Below, in pieces: positions 48,307 through 58,785 of a stretch of DNA of 64,000 bases. Source of the DNA: an uncultured Chitinophagaceae bacterium (GTDB taxonomy: Bacteria; Bacteroidota; Ignavibacteria; Kapaibacteriales; UBA961). Under the pieces are notes generated by a model. It did no database searches. It saw only the letters and a list, made by a program, of their open reading frames with translations, and had not been told where the DNA came from. The translations under genes were made by a program, and so were the position numbers. The stretch is taken from NCBI GenBank assembly GCA_964527785.1, contig CAZGNO010000003.1:7974-71973 (forward strand). The letters are read 5' to 3'. Each line of letters starts with the position of its first letter. Position 1 is the stretch's first letter.

Positions 48307-49233
48307 TCAATACCGTGTAACTTTAAGTTTTGAAACACCGATATCAAAATCCATTGTTAGCTTCTTTGCCGCCGATTCGTAGTTTGCCGTTTGAAAAGTA
48401 TTTTCGTCAATCTTTTCAAATCCTATAAGGTCGGTTCCATTGAGTCCCGACTCATCCACTTCAATCCTGCAGCCGGAACTCGTTGGGATTTCTAGTTCGA
48501 TAGAGCAAGCACCGCCTTCAAAATCCAAATGGGTACTGTCTGCTTTGTCACCGAATTTTACTTTGACTGAAGCAGCACCTACATCCATCGAAAGAGTACC
48601 TACGCGGTATTTGGAAAGGTCGAATTGTGAAGAGGATGCCCCAAGTTCGGCATTAATATTCCAAAGCGGGGTAGTATTAAGATGAATTTCTGCACGATTT
48701 CTGAAATTGTTATGCCCAAACAACCGGAAATGATTGTGTTCTTGCATTGAAACCACTACGGAACGTGCTGAATCATGACGGGTAGTTTCATAGGAATATT
48801 GTCCGATGCTTGATTCGGTGTACCCGTCAAGTAATTGTACCGATGTATCTCCGATTGTGAAATTACCGGCACCTGCTTCGAGGGTAAAGTTATACACAAG
48901 TGCTGTGCTGTCATACGGTTCACTGATTTGCTGAACTGTATGTTTTCCCGACGGTGTATCGCAATTGTCATTACATGATTCCTTGATGGCATTAACACCT
49001 GTAAATATACCGGAAAACAACGAAACACCAAGTAATATACCTCCTAATGCCGACATAACACCTCTGAGGGTTTGGTCTTGAACAAATGCTCTGGCACCAA
49101 TAAGGACGAGGGCGAGAGGCCAAAGTTTCCAAATGTCTTCCCAGTAGACATTTACCAAACCATAATTACCTAAGAGTAAAATAATACCGGAGCTTAAAAG
49201 AAATGCCCCCCAAAATATACTTCTAGCTTTCAT
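48307..49233 (-). CDS. LiaF/DUF5668-type membrane protein with beta-solenoid-like extracytoplasmic domain
   Basis: FWGAFLLSSG...WKLWPLALVLIG; repeated GAG/GAS beta strands. Confidence 0.75.
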   Translation of the reverse strand: MKARSIFWGAFLLSSGIILLLGNYGLVNVYWEDIWKLWPLALVLIGARAFVQDQTLRGVMSALGGILLGVSLFSGIFTGVNAIKESCNDNCDTPSGKHTVQQISEPYDSTALVYNFTLEAGAGNFTIGDTSVQLLDGYTESSIGQYSYETTRHDSARSVVVSMQEHNHFRLFGHNNFRNRAEIHLNTTPLWNINAELGASSSQFDLSKYRVGTLSMDVGAASVKVKFGDKADSTHLDFEGGACSIELEIPTSSGCRIEVDESGLNGTDLIGFEKIDENTFQTANYESAAKKLTMDFDIGVSKLKVTRY

Positions 49234-49721
49234 AATTGTTCTTCCGGTTTGTTAATAGTTGGGGATTGAGTTTGTTTGTTTGAACGTTGCATTGAATTGT
49301 AGATAGTTGTTGCTCCGATAGCTACCAGAATCAGGGGCCATAGATTCGAGAAATCAATATCGGGAATATAATTTCCGGCAAGGAATATCACGCCAAGCGT
49401 AATTAGAAGTATTCCGCCCATAAGATTACGCTTTGATTTCTTTGCAGCCGGATCATAAACGTATTCATTCTCTATGGATGAAGGTTGGTTTTCTTGATCA
49501 TCAGTTTTTTGTGAATATTCTACGATTTCATCTTTGTATGGCAGAGCAATCATCAGGATGAGATAGAGTAAAAAACCCGTTCCATAAACAAAAAAAGAAA
49601 CGGCAAAACCAATGCGGAGGAGGACGGGGTCAATGTCGAAGTACTCAGCGATTCCTGCGCAAACCCCGCCAACTACTTTGCCTTTTCTGAGGCGATAGGC
49701 ACGTTGCATAGTGTTCTCCAA
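49230..49721 (-). CDS. PspC-domain protein with DUF5668/LiaI-like C-terminus
   Basis: VVGGVCAGIAEYFDIDPVLLR...LYLILMIALP; GILLITLG...LWPLILVAIG. Confidence 0.88.
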   Translation of the reverse strand: MENTMQRAYRLRKGKVVGGVCAGIAEYFDIDPVLLRIGFAVSFFVYGTGFLLYLILMIALPYKDEIVEYSQKTDDQENQPSSIENEYVYDPAAKKSKRNLMGGILLITLGVIFLAGNYIPDIDFSNLWPLILVAIGATTIYNSMQRSNKQTQSPTINKPEEQL

Positions 49722-49928
49722 TTAAATGTTAATAAATGTGAAATTCATAGTGAAGTACGCAGTTGTAAAATTAAAAGTTTCATTTTAATTTTATAAAGTT
49801 GTATATGAAGGGTAGGGGAGTGGCTGCTGATTAGCTATGTTACCTGTGTATATTATGAGGTACCGGCTTGTTTTATATGGGCATATCAGTAGGATGGCAT
49901 ATCGTCCTGTTCAATTTGGAGCATTTAT

Positions 49929-50062
49929 GTCAAGGCAGGTGTTCACCTGCTTTCTGCTAAGATACCTTTTTACGAGACCATACTCTCAAAGTTATTGCAG
50001 GATTTACACTTACATATATTATTGGGCATTTAATGAAAGTCAGGTGTAGCACCTGCCTTGAC
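49929..50062. repeat. Inverted pair of REP-like hairpins (BIME-like)
   Basis: GTCAAGGCAGGTGTTCACCTGCTTTC (49929-49954) and GAAAGTCAGGTGTAGCACCTGCCTTGAC (50035-50062) are near reverse complements, and each is a hairpin. Confidence 0.7.
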
Positions 50063-50112
50063 TGACCAGAGATTTACTTCCAATAATTGTAAATATTTAC
50101 TAGACTTTATAT

Positions 50113-50143
50113 AAAAAAGGCGTAGAGTAATATCTACGCCTTT
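50113..50143 (-). terminator. Terminator of the atp operon
   Basis: Minus strand AAAGGCGTAGA-TATTAC-TCTACGCCTTTTTT. Confidence 0.8.
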
Positions 50144-50173
50144 AGAAAGGATTAGTCGTGATTGCACGATACG

Positions 50174-51073
50174 TTATTTTCTGAGAGCTTCTGCTCCGCC
50201 CACGATTTCGAGCATTTCTTTGGTGATAGATGCCTGGCGGGCTTTGTTGTATTGCAATTGGAGTGCCTTAATGAGGTCACGGGCGTTCGTAGTAGCATTA
50301 TCCATTGCCATCATTCTTGCTGCCTGTTCTGCTGCATTAGAATCGAGCAGCGCAGTCCATACTTGGATATTGAGAAACTTAGGCAACAGCTCATTCATGA
50401 TATCGCCGCGTGACGGCTCGAAAATATAATCATTGTTCATCTCGCCGTCGTGATGTTGCTTTGTCTGTTCTGATTTGCTGCGATCGAGCGGTAACAGCGA
50501 ATGAAATTTAACTTCTTGTTTTATGATAGATTTGAATTCATTGCCGAATATTTCAACCTTGTCATACTTCTCATTAATAAACCCGTCGGAGATAATCGAG
50601 GCAACGTCAAAGGCAGTACTAAAGTCAAGTTTAGCAAAAATATCAGGGAATTCTTGAATAACCGGTGTGTTTCTCTTGCTGAAATATGATACAGCACGCT
50701 TGCCAATCGGCAAAACGGAAACTTTTACACCGGGAAATTGAGAAGGGAGCGACTTTTCAATATGATACGTTGCCGCTTTAAGGAGATTCGCATTGAAACT
50801 GCCGCAAAGACCTCTGTCAGAAGAAACCACAACGACTGCAATTGATTTCACAGTTTTAGGTTTGCGCAGAAGCGGATGGAAAAAATCTTCATCCGACGCT
50901 GTAGCCAGATTAGTGAGAATTTCCGATAGTTTGAGCGTATATGGACGTGCAGCCATAATTGCTTCCTGAGCACGGCGAAGTTTTGCAGCCGCAACCATTT
51001 TCATTGCAGAAGTAATTTTTGCCGTGTTTTTTACCGCGCTGATGCGATGGCGTATGTCGCGTAAAGTTGCCAT
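50174..51073 (-). CDS. atpG: ATP synthase F1 gamma subunit
   Basis: KITSAMKMVAAAKL, SDRGLCGSFN, ARMMAMDNATTNA, YNKARQASITKE. Confidence 0.98.
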   Translation of the reverse strand: MATLRDIRHRISAVKNTAKITSAMKMVAAAKLRRAQEAIMAARPYTLKLSEILTNLATASDEDFFHPLLRKPKTVKSIAVVVVSSDRGLCGSFNANLLKAATYHIEKSLPSQFPGVKVSVLPIGKRAVSYFSKRNTPVIQEFPDIFAKLDFSTAFDVASIISDGFINEKYDKVEIFGNEFKSIIKQEVKFHSLLPLDRSKSEQTKQHHDGEMNNDYIFEPSRGDIMNELLPKFLNIQVWTALLDSNAAEQAARMMAMDNATTNARDLIKALQLQYNKARQASITKEMLEIVGGAEALRK

Positions 51074-51137
51074 AATATTCTATAAACTGACGTTATGTTT
51101 TTTATTCTGATGTATTAAATTCAAAAAGGAATGAGAG

Positions 51138-52103
51138 CTACCAGTATAATTCCCCCGGCATCAAGTAATTAACTACATAGTCTTCGATGCTTTTTTCAAG
51201 TGTCTGAAATTCAAGATGAATTCCTGTGCCGTGAAGATTCGTCAAATCTGCCTCTGTAAAGTTCTGATATTGCGAGCGGATTGAATCAGGCATTTCCACA
51301 TATTCAATGTTCACTTCACAATTCATTGCTGTAAAAACAGCAGCAGCCAAATCATTCCACGTTCTTGCTTTACCTGTACCTAGATTGTAAATGCCGGCAA
51401 TGTTCTTGTTTTGTAACATATTCCACATTACGTTGCAAACATCTTTCGTATAGACAAAATCACGCATTTGGTATCCGTCGGCATATTCGTCTGAGTTTGA
51501 TTTGAAAAGGCGGATTTTCCCGGTTTCTTCAATCTGACGGAATGCCTTTACTACCAAACTTGCCATTGCATTCTTATGATATTCATTCGGACCGAATACG
51601 TTAAAATATCGAATCCCGATGAACTCATTTTGAAGATTGTTATTCAAAACCCATGTATCGAACATCAGTTTTGAATAGCCGTACATATTCAAGGGACGCA
51701 GTGTCCTGCATAACGAATCGGAATATCCTTGTTCACCAATGCCATAGGTTGCTGCGCTGCTTGCGTAGATAAACCTAATGCCTTTTTTGTGAGCGGCAGA
51801 CGCAACATCAACACTATATCGGTAATTATTATCCAGAAGATAGTCTGCATTGCGTTCGGTAGTTGCCGAACAAGCTCCAAGATGTATGATTGCTTCAATG
51901 TTGTCCCCGTACCCGTCGGATACAAGTTTTTGACGGAAAACATCAGGATGGGTTATGTCGGTATATTGTTTGCCGACAAGATTTTTCCATTTGATTCCAT
52001 CGCGGAGCTGGTCAACAATGAGAATATCATTAATACCTTCATCATTGCATTTCCGTACAAATCCGCTGCCAATAAATCCTGCGCCGCCGGTTATTACCAC
52101 CAT
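51138..52103 (-). CDS. hldD: ADP-L-glycero-D-manno-heptose 6-epimerase
   Basis: TGGAGFIGS, HLGACSATTE, YASSAATYG, PLNMYGYSK, RYFNVFGPNEYHK, YQNFTEAD. Confidence 0.93.
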   Translation of the reverse strand: MVVITGGAGFIGSGFVRKCNDEGINDILIVDQLRDGIKWKNLVGKQYTDITHPDVFRQKLVSDGYGDNIEAIIHLGACSATTERNADYLLDNNYRYSVDVASAAHKKGIRFIYASSAATYGIGEQGYSDSLCRTLRPLNMYGYSKLMFDTWVLNNNLQNEFIGIRYFNVFGPNEYHKNAMASLVVKAFRQIEETGKIRLFKSNSDEYADGYQMRDFVYTKDVCNVMWNMLQNKNIAGIYNLGTGKARTWNDLAAAVFTAMNCEVNIEYVEMPDSIRSQYQNFTEADLTNLHGTGIHLEFQTLEKSIEDYVVNYLMPGELYW

Positions 52104-52163
52104 TTGACACTCTAGTCCGCTAAATATGTGGCAAGAAACAACCCTTATACAGAGTCGTGATAT

Positions 52164-53714
52164 TTAAATTGTTGCTTTGAAACGATCGGTAAATTGCTTG
52201 ATAGCTGTGTTCAGCATACCCTTTACCTCGTCATTCAAATCCTTGATTTCAATGATTGCATTCAGGGCTGCCTTATGAACTGATTCCATAAAATCCATAA
52301 ATTCAGTTTCATAGCGTTTGAGATGCTCAAGAGGAATTTCATCCAGATAGCCGTTTGTAGCTGCAAATACTAAAGCAATCTGACGCTCAACAGGAATCGG
52401 GCTGTACTGAGATTGCTTAAGGATTTCTGTAAGACGAGCACCGCGAGTAAGCTGTTGCTGTGTAGATTTATCAAGGTCAGAACCAAACTTTGCAAATGCT
52501 TCCAATTCACGGAACATGGCAAGCTCTAATTTAAGAGGACCTGCTACTTTTTTCATAGGTTTGATCTGAGCATTACCACCCACACGAGAAACGGAAATAC
52601 CGACGTTGAGCGCTGGGCGAATACCTGCATTAAAGAGATTCGGCTCTAAGTAAATCTGACCGTCGGTAATCGAAATAACGTTTGTCGGGATATATGCAGA
52701 AACGTCACCTGCTTGGGTTTCGATAACAGGAAGAGCAGTCAGCGAACCGCTACCCAATGCAGTAGAAAGTTTGGAAGCGCGTTCCAGCAAACGGCTGTGG
52801 AGATAGAAAATATCACCGGGATATGCTTCACGTCCCGGTGGACGGCGAAGCAAAAGGGATACTTGGCGATATGCAGCGGCTTGTTTGGACAAGTCATCAT
52901 AAATTACCAACGCATGGCGACCTGAATCACGGAAATATTCACCCATCGAGCAACCGCAATACGGCGCTACGAATTGAAGCGGGGCAGGGTCGGAAGCATT
53001 TGCAGTAACAATGATTGTATAGTCCATTGCTCCTTGTTCCTGAAGCGTATGAAGCACATTCGCTACTGTAGAACCTTTTTGTCCGATAGCAACATACACG
53101 CAAAATACCGGCTCAATGCCAAGTTTTTTAGCTTCTTCGGTATGTGTATATTTTTGGCTGATGATAGTATCAATTGCAACAACTGTTTTACCTGTTTGGC
53201 GGTCACCAATAATCAACTCACGTTGTCCGCGACCGATTGGAATAAGTGCGTCAATTGCCTTAATACCTGTTTGGAGAGGTTGTGTAACCGGTTGACGGTC
53301 AATAACACCCAACGCTTTGCGTTCGATAGGTAATGTCTTTGTAGTATGAATCGGTCCCTTACCGTCAATAGGCATACCAAGCGGATTAACAACACGACCA
53401 AGCAATTCCTCCCCTACAGGAACGGATGCAATCCGTCCTGTACGGCGAACCGTATCACCTTCTTTTACCAAACGGTCATCACCGAAAAGCACAACACCAA
53501 CGTTGTCTTCTTCCAGGTTAAGAACCATTCCCATAACACCGTTAGGGAATTCAACAAGTTCCGAAACCATAACCTTTGTTAAGCCATAAATACGTGCCAC
53601 ACCGTCACCTACTTGTAGCACAGTACCTACTTCATATACGTCAACTTCGTTTTCATAACCGGAAAGTTGGCGACGCAAAATCGCGGAAATCTCTTCAGGA
53701 TGAACTTCAGCCAT
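52164..53714 (-). CDS. atpA: ATP synthase F1 alpha subunit
   Basis: [38 protein letters not shown]. Confidence 0.99.
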   Translation of the reverse strand: MAEVHPEEISAILRRQLSGYENEVDVYEVGTVLQVGDGVARIYGLTKVMVSELVEFPNGVMGMVLNLEEDNVGVVLFGDDRLVKEGDTVRRTGRIASVPVGEELLGRVVNPLGMPIDGKGPIHTTKTLPIERKALGVIDRQPVTQPLQTGIKAIDALIPIGRGQRELIIGDRQTGKTVVAIDTIISQKYTHTEEAKKLGIEPVFCVYVAIGQKGSTVANVLHTLQEQGAMDYTIIVTANASDPAPLQFVAPYCGCSMGEYFRDSGRHALVIYDDLSKQAAAYRQVSLLLRRPPGREAYPGDIFYLHSRLLERASKLSTALGSGSLTALPVIETQAGDVSAYIPTNVISITDGQIYLEPNLFNAGIRPALNVGISVSRVGGNAQIKPMKKVAGPLKLELAMFRELEAFAKFGSDLDKSTQQQLTRGARLTEILKQSQYSPIPVERQIALVFAATNGYLDEIPLEHLKRYETEFMDFMESVHKAALNAIIEIKDLNDEVKGMLNTAIKQFTDRFKATI

Positions 53715-53827
53715 ATTCTTACCTTTGTTTAATAATATTTACAAGTTTAAATTCTTTTTTACTATCAGCTTGATGATAATCAGATTTTGATGCGGCTATT
53801 TCGAAATTGTTTCAACGTAATTTCAAA

Positions 53828-54403
53828 TCAACTAACCGCTAAAGTCTTTTGAAGTGATAACGGCATATCAACACCCGAAAGCTGTTTGTAAAGCATTTCG
53901 AGATGATGACGGACGCTACCGTCATATACTAAATCGTCAATTTTAACAACAGCACCGCCACGTAGGTCAGGATTAACTTTGAACTGGGAAATAACAGATT
54001 TTTGAGTGATATTCGCGATTGTTTGTGCCAGTTTTTGTTGCAATTCCGCCTCTAACTCAACCGAAGTTGTAAAGTCAACAGGCAATAGATTCATCCGTGT
54101 ATTGTACAAGTCTTGGAAAGCATCAATAATTTCAATCATCATACTTTCACGGCGTTTCTCGGCAATCAACATTAGAAAATCAAGCGTAGTTTGGTTAATC
54201 ATCGAGCCGTAAAGCTCTTTGAAAATTTCTTGCTTTTTGTTGTGTGGGACAACAGGACTGCTCAGGAAGGTACGTAAATCTTTGGACTGATGTATTGTAG
54301 CTTGAACGGCGAGTAAATCTTGGTACACTTGTTCTATTTGTTCAGTTTTTAAGGCACCGAAAAGTGCTTGGGCATATCGTTTTACAATGCGGGTATTAAT
54401 CAT
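53828..54403 (-). CDS. atpH: ATP synthase F1 delta subunit
   Basis: RYAQALF, LSSPVV, VNPDLRGG...DGSVR. Confidence 0.95.
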   Translation of the reverse strand: MINTRIVKRYAQALFGALKTEQIEQVYQDLLAVQATIHQSKDLRTFLSSPVVPHNKKQEIFKELYGSMINQTTLDFLMLIAEKRRESMMIEIIDAFQDLYNTRMNLLPVDFTTSVELEAELQQKLAQTIANITQKSVISQFKVNPDLRGGAVVKIDDLVYDGSVRHHLEMLYKQLSGVDMPLSLQKTLAVS

Positions 54404-54430
54404 GGCTGATAGTTTGCGAAAATAAAAATA

Positions 54431-54925
54431 TTAGTTTTTCGATACTTCATCAATATATGATTCAATCAGTGCACGATGACTCTCAGCATTCATTGAACTT
54501 CCTAAAATCTTAGCGGTAGCTTGTACAACGAGTGAAGCTGTTTCTGAGCGCAATGATTGGAGTGCAGCTTCTTTCTCACGCTCTATTTCACGCTGTGCTT
54601 CGGTAATCTTTGTATGCTTTACACGTTCAGCTTCTTCGTGGGCTGCTTGGATTAATACTTCTGCCTGATGCTTACCTTCTTTTACAAGGTTCATCATATC
54701 TTGTTGGGCCGAAGTGATTTTGGCTTGGCTTTCTTTTAACAAAGCGCGGGCTTCGGCGTTAATGCGGTCAGCTTCGCTGATTGAGTTTGAAATGCCCTCT
54801 TGTCTGGATTTAAGTGAATCGAGCAATGGCTTGAATCCAAATTTCCCAATAATACCAAGAAACAGCAAGAAATTGAAAACAGTCCAAATAATCAGACCGG
54901 GCGAAACATTGAGTAGATTTTCCAT
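54431..54925 (-). CDS. atpF: ATP synthase F0 subunit b
   Basis: PGLIIWTVFNF TM helix followed by a coiled coil; operon position. Confidence 0.95.
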   Translation of the reverse strand: MENLLNVSPGLIIWTVFNFLLFLGIIGKFGFKPLLDSLKSRQEGISNSISEADRINAEARALLKESQAKITSAQQDMMNLVKEGKHQAEVLIQAAHEEAERVKHTKITEAQREIEREKEAALQSLRSETASLVVQATAKILGSSMNAESHRALIESYIDEVSKN

Positions 54926-55025
54926 TTTAATTTATTTAAGTATCAAACAGTACATGAAGAAATAAAGTTGAAATTCTTTGTATTTGGTTAAAAAAAATCC
55001 CGGCTTCGTGCCTTCATAAAAATGG

Positions 55026-55057
55026 CGTGCTTCCACTCTATGAAGAGCGGAAGCACG
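55026..55057 (-). other. Hairpin just after atpE (likely an mRNA stability/stoichiometry element)
   Basis: CGTGCTTCC.CTCT / AGAG.GGAAGCACG. Confidence 0.45.
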
Positions 55058-55068
55058 TCACGAAGAAT

Positions 55069-55296
55069 TTACTTAACAGCAAGAAGAATACAGATAACCA
55101 TAGCGAAAAGTGCAACACCTTCGATAAGTGCAGCACCGATAATCATAGTTGTACGTGCGTCTTTTGCTGATTCGGGCTGACGGGCACCTGCTTCAAGAGC
55201 AGCAGCTACGAGTGGTCCGATTCCTGTTCCTACACCAAATACTGTGATACCTACGCCAAGACCGGCGGCTAACCATGCTAAACCTTGAGGATTCAT
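55069..55296 (-). CDS. atpE: ATP synthase F0 subunit c
   Basis: GxGxGxG motif, ARQPE, ALIEGVALF. Confidence 0.97.
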   Translation of the reverse strand: MNPQGLAWLAAGLGVGITVFGVGTGIGPLVAAALEAGARQPESAKDARTTMIIGAALIEGVALFAMVICILLAVK

Positions 55297-55358
55297 TTTT
55301 CTATCCTTTTATGAATGTGAAATAAAATAAAAACAATAATTGATAACTATATCAGAGA

Positions 55359-56396
55359 TTAATGAGCGTGTTCTTCGTGAACATGGTCACCGAGAGCCAG
55401 CCCTACAAATACAGCAGAAAGCATAGTAAATATATATGCTTGTAAGAATACAACCAGTGTTTCAAGACAGTAGATGAACACAGAGAAACCAATTGAAACA
55501 GGTGCTACTAATAATGTTTGGAAAAAGAAAATCAATCCAACCAGCGAAAGCAAAACAATGTGCCCTGCCGACATATTAGCAAAGAGACGAATCGTGAGAG
55601 CAAACGGCTTTGTAAACAGACCGATTATTTCAATCGGGACCATGATTGGGGCAAGAAACACAGGAGCACCGCCCAAAAGGTGATGCAGCCATGCTTTTAC
55701 GCCCGCTTCTTTGAATGCGGTATAGTTTACTACCAAAAAAGTAGTGATCGCAAGCCCGGCTGTCGTACCGATTGCAGCTGTCGCAGAATGTCCGCCGGGG
55801 ATAAGACCAAGTAAATTTAAAATCAGGATAAAGAAAAACAGTGAAAGGAAATAGGGAGTAAGTTTGTCAACGAGTTTATTGGTAGGGAGGTTGGGGCGAA
55901 CTACTTCTTCACGGATAAATACTACAAGTGCCTCCAACATATTTTGAATGCCTTTTGGAGGGGCTGTCGGATTTTTCTTCGCTCGACGACCGGCTATCGC
56001 AAACATAATAAGCATAATTGCAAAGCCAAGCCATTGGAAAGCCACAAAATTTGTAACAGATAAGTCTAATGCAGGTCCTTTGTCGTCGTTAACACGTTTT
56101 GGGTGTCCGTGATGGAGGGTATATTTCCCCGATGCTTCAACTTTTTCGGGAGATGAGTAGATGTTTAGTCCATTATCTTTATCATAAAAGATAAACGGTA
56201 AATCAACAACTTTCTGGGAGAAGATATAGAATCCGTGATGGTCACCAAGTTCACCTAAAAGATGCGTAAATACTTCCGCAGGGGGTACATTTTCTGAATG
56301 CCCGTTTGCAGAGCCGTGTTCTGCATTTTCGGTGTGAGCGGTTTGAGAATGCTCGGAATGATGTTCTGTACTGTCTTGATTCATTGTGTATATCAA
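55359..56396 (-). CDS. atpB: ATP synthase F0 subunit a
   Basis: NLLGLIP, PFALTIRLFANMSAGH, LQAYIFTMLS. Confidence 0.97.
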   Translation of the reverse strand: MIYTMNQDSTEHHSEHSQTAHTENAEHGSANGHSENVPPAEVFTHLLGELGDHHGFYIFSQKVVDLPFIFYDKDNGLNIYSSPEKVEASGKYTLHHGHPKRVNDDKGPALDLSVTNFVAFQWLGFAIMLIMFAIAGRRAKKNPTAPPKGIQNMLEALVVFIREEVVRPNLPTNKLVDKLTPYFLSLFFFILILNLLGLIPGGHSATAAIGTTAGLAITTFLVVNYTAFKEAGVKAWLHHLLGGAPVFLAPIMVPIEIIGLFTKPFALTIRLFANMSAGHIVLLSLVGLIFFFQTLLVAPVSIGFSVFIYCLETLVVFLQAYIFTMLSAVFVGLALGDHVHEEHAH

Positions 56397-56455
56397 TCAA
56401 ATAATAGGCAAGCGTGAGGAATGTTTAGGTTCAACTAAAAGTATAAAAACAGTAT

Positions 56456-56779
56456 CTATTTTTTAGGGGCACGTTTCATCTCAGGCGAATCGGCTAGAGA
56501 ATGGAAATACAAGATTTCTACGAACAAAAAAACAAACGTACCGATGCAAAATGAAATTGAAAATCCGACATTATTGACTTTTACTACCGATATGCAAAAC
56601 CAAACTATAATTGCAGCCACAATGAGCCGTGCTGCCATACTTCCAATGACAATCCCGACAAACTTCTCAAATTTCCTGTGAAATGTGAGCCGAGCTATCA
56701 GGCAGCCGAGGAGTACATTTACCAAGCAGATGGCTTGCGCCAGCCCAACCGACAACCAAAGTGAGTTGCTGAAGTCCAC
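56456..56779 (-). CDS. AtpI-like membrane protein
   Basis: Hydrophobic, GSMAARL; position upstream of atpB. Confidence 0.65.
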   Translation of the reverse strand: MDFSNSLWLSVGLAQAICLVNVLLGCLIARLTFHRKFEKFVGIVIGSMAARLIVAAIIVWFCISVVKVNNVGFSISFCIGTFVFLFVEILYFHSLADSPEMKRAPKK

Positions 56780-56819
56780 GTATTAGTTCCATGAATTCAA
56801 CTGAATTATTCTACGTAAT

Positions 56820-57047
56820 TTATTTTGCTTTGAGAGCGGTTCTGATAAACCCCACCATTGCTACAATCGCACCGATTACAAGCAATATGACTAGCCAAGT
56901 CGGCGATGTTTGGAATTCACTGTCTATCCACCAACCAAGTAAACCAAATACGACCAGCGTTGCCGTCATCTGCGAGCCGAGTGCCATGTATGGCGCAAGT
57001 TCTCGGTAAATCTTCTTATCATCGTGAGGAGAACTCGGGATTGCCAT
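56820..57047 (-). CDS. AtpZ/AtpI-family protein
   Basis: LGSQM...GLLGWWIDSEFQTSPTW; ATG at 57047 lies downstream of a TAATTTTG box (57077-57084). Confidence 0.88.
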   Translation of the reverse strand: MAIPSSPHDDKKIYRELAPYMALGSQMTATLVVFGLLGWWIDSEFQTSPTWLVILLVIGAIVAMVGFIRTALKAK

Positions 57048-57187
57048 AATTGCCTGCCTTTTCAAAATTTCAATCACAAAATTACCCTTTTAAGCAAAGA
57101 TAACCAAAAACTTTTCTTGGTAACAGACAGATAGTTACGCTTGACTAACAAAAAGAACAAGTAGAATCCGTCTTGTTATCTCTGTTT

Positions 57188-58306
57188 TTATTTCGTTTTA
57201 TTTGGATAGACACCCGCTTGTGCCGATATATTAAGCAATGTTCCTACAGCAGCAGCAGAAAAAAATACAGAACTCCCGCCGTAACTTATAAACGGCATCG
57301 GTAAGCCCGTAGTAGGTAATACTCCGCACGTTACTCCTGCGTTAATAAATGCATAAAGTGCAAGAGTTACGGTAATTCCGACTGCCAGAAGACGACCGAA
57401 AAGATCCGGGGCTTTTTTTGCAACATTTATTCCTCGCCACAAAATTATTCCAAACGCAGAAAGAATTAATAAAACTCCTATAAAGCCATATTCTTCGCCT
57501 ACGACAGCAAAAACAAAATCACCATAGCTCTCCGGCAAAAAGAAATCTCTTTGCAGACTCTGTCCCGGTCCAACGCCGAATATCCCTCCGCTGCCAAAAG
57601 CAATAACTGCTTGTTGAAGCTGATAATTTATTACTTCTGATGCTGTCCCTTCTCCATAACCAATAAAGGCAAGTATCCGTTTCAGACGGTAGGGTGCTGA
57701 AACTGCATAGATTGCTGCTGTTACAAATCCGCCTGCAGCAATTAATCCGAGTTTTTTCAGTGGTGCATTGCCCACAAACATGATAATTGCGGTTATTAAA
57801 AAAATGACCGATGCAGTCGAAAGGTTTGGTTGTGCAGCTACCAAACCGCACGTAACCAAAATCCAGATGAGCAATGGTAACATACCTGTTCTAAAGTCTG
57901 AAATATAATCTTTTGCTCTGGCAGCTAGAGCAGAAATATGAAGGACTAACGCAAACTTTACGAATTCTGACGGTTGGAAATTGATAAACCCAATGTGAAT
58001 CCACCGAGCCGCTCCCTTCACTTTTATTCCGGTCACAAGCACATAGACCAGACAGCACAATGCAAGAATTAATATCGGTGTTGTAAACTTTTCCCATCGG
58101 TGATAGTCTATTCTTGAGAAAAGTATGATAGCCGCCAAGCCGATTAAAACACGGAAAGCATGATTCCAAAACAGTTTCTCGCTCGAACCAAATTTAATCA
58201 TTGAGAATGAAGAGCTTGCGCTATAGACAAATGCAACGCTGAACAGCATTAGCCCGACGACTGACAGGAGAATGAACCAGTCTATATGCCCCGATGTTTT
58301 TGTCAT
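57188..58306 (-). CDS. ftsW: SEDS peptidoglycan polymerase FtsW
   Basis: FVYSASS, GAARWI, FQPSEFVK, QPNLST, GVGPGQSLQ, LPESYGDF, PTTGLPMPFISYGGSS; likely ATG at 58306. Confidence 0.88.
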   Translation of the reverse strand: MTKTSGHIDWFILLSVVGLMLFSVAFVYSASSSFSMIKFGSSEKLFWNHAFRVLIGLAAIILFSRIDYHRWEKFTTPILILALCCLVYVLVTGIKVKGAARWIHIGFINFQPSEFVKFALVLHISALAARAKDYISDFRTGMLPLLIWILVTCGLVAAQPNLSTASVIFLITAIIMFVGNAPLKKLGLIAAGGFVTAAIYAVSAPYRLKRILAFIGYGEGTASEVINYQLQQAVIAFGSGGIFGVGPGQSLQRDFFLPESYGDFVFAVVGEEYGFIGVLLILSAFGIILWRGINVAKKAPDLFGRLLAVGITVTLALYAFINAGVTCGVLPTTGLPMPFISYGGSSVFFSAAAVGTLLNISAQAGVYPNKTK

Positions 58307-58473
58307 ATCTTTGCTGTAAATTGACAGGATAGTAGTAATTTGCGCTTTTAAATAATATGCTAAATTACAGAGAAGCTCTCCGTAAACCAAAAAGTAAATC
58401 GTATTGATTGATTGATGCTGACGGTTGCCTCTTATATGTATGTATTATAGTACTTCATTGCTCACTTTTGCTG

Positions 58474-58770
58474 TTAGTAACTGATGTTACGCAAGAATAA
58501 ATTTAATTTGAGAATTTCAGTTATGATTGTCTGCATTAAATCCCGTCAGGGGTGCTATATCTGTAGAAGATTGAATCAACACATAGAAAAATCCCGTCAG
58601 GGATGTCATATCGGTTAGCGAGACACTGCCGTTTTTAACCGATATTACCTTCCTACGGAACTCCGGTACTTTTTATGGTCACTTCTACCGATATTACGTT
58701 CCTACGGAACTATTCTAGACTGAATTACAAATAATATCTTGTTCTTGCTTGCGTAATATCACTTAGTAAG
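58474..58770. mobile_element. REP-cluster/MITE-like element, copy 2
   Basis: ACTGATGTTACGCAAG ... CTTGCGTAATATCACT inverted ends; two AAATCCCGTCAGGG units and two TTCCTACGGAAC units; same layout as 34299-34592. Confidence 0.75.
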
Positions 58771-58785
58771 TTCACTTCTTCCTAA

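Noticed and set aside
49837-50049. 70-aa ORF
   Set aside because: It overlaps the REP doublet in an intergenic region; no support.
50174-57047. Missing atpD/atpC, or a Na+-type ATP synthase
   Set aside because: A split atp operon is normal in this lineage; subunit c has IEG rather than the Q...ES/T Na+ signature.
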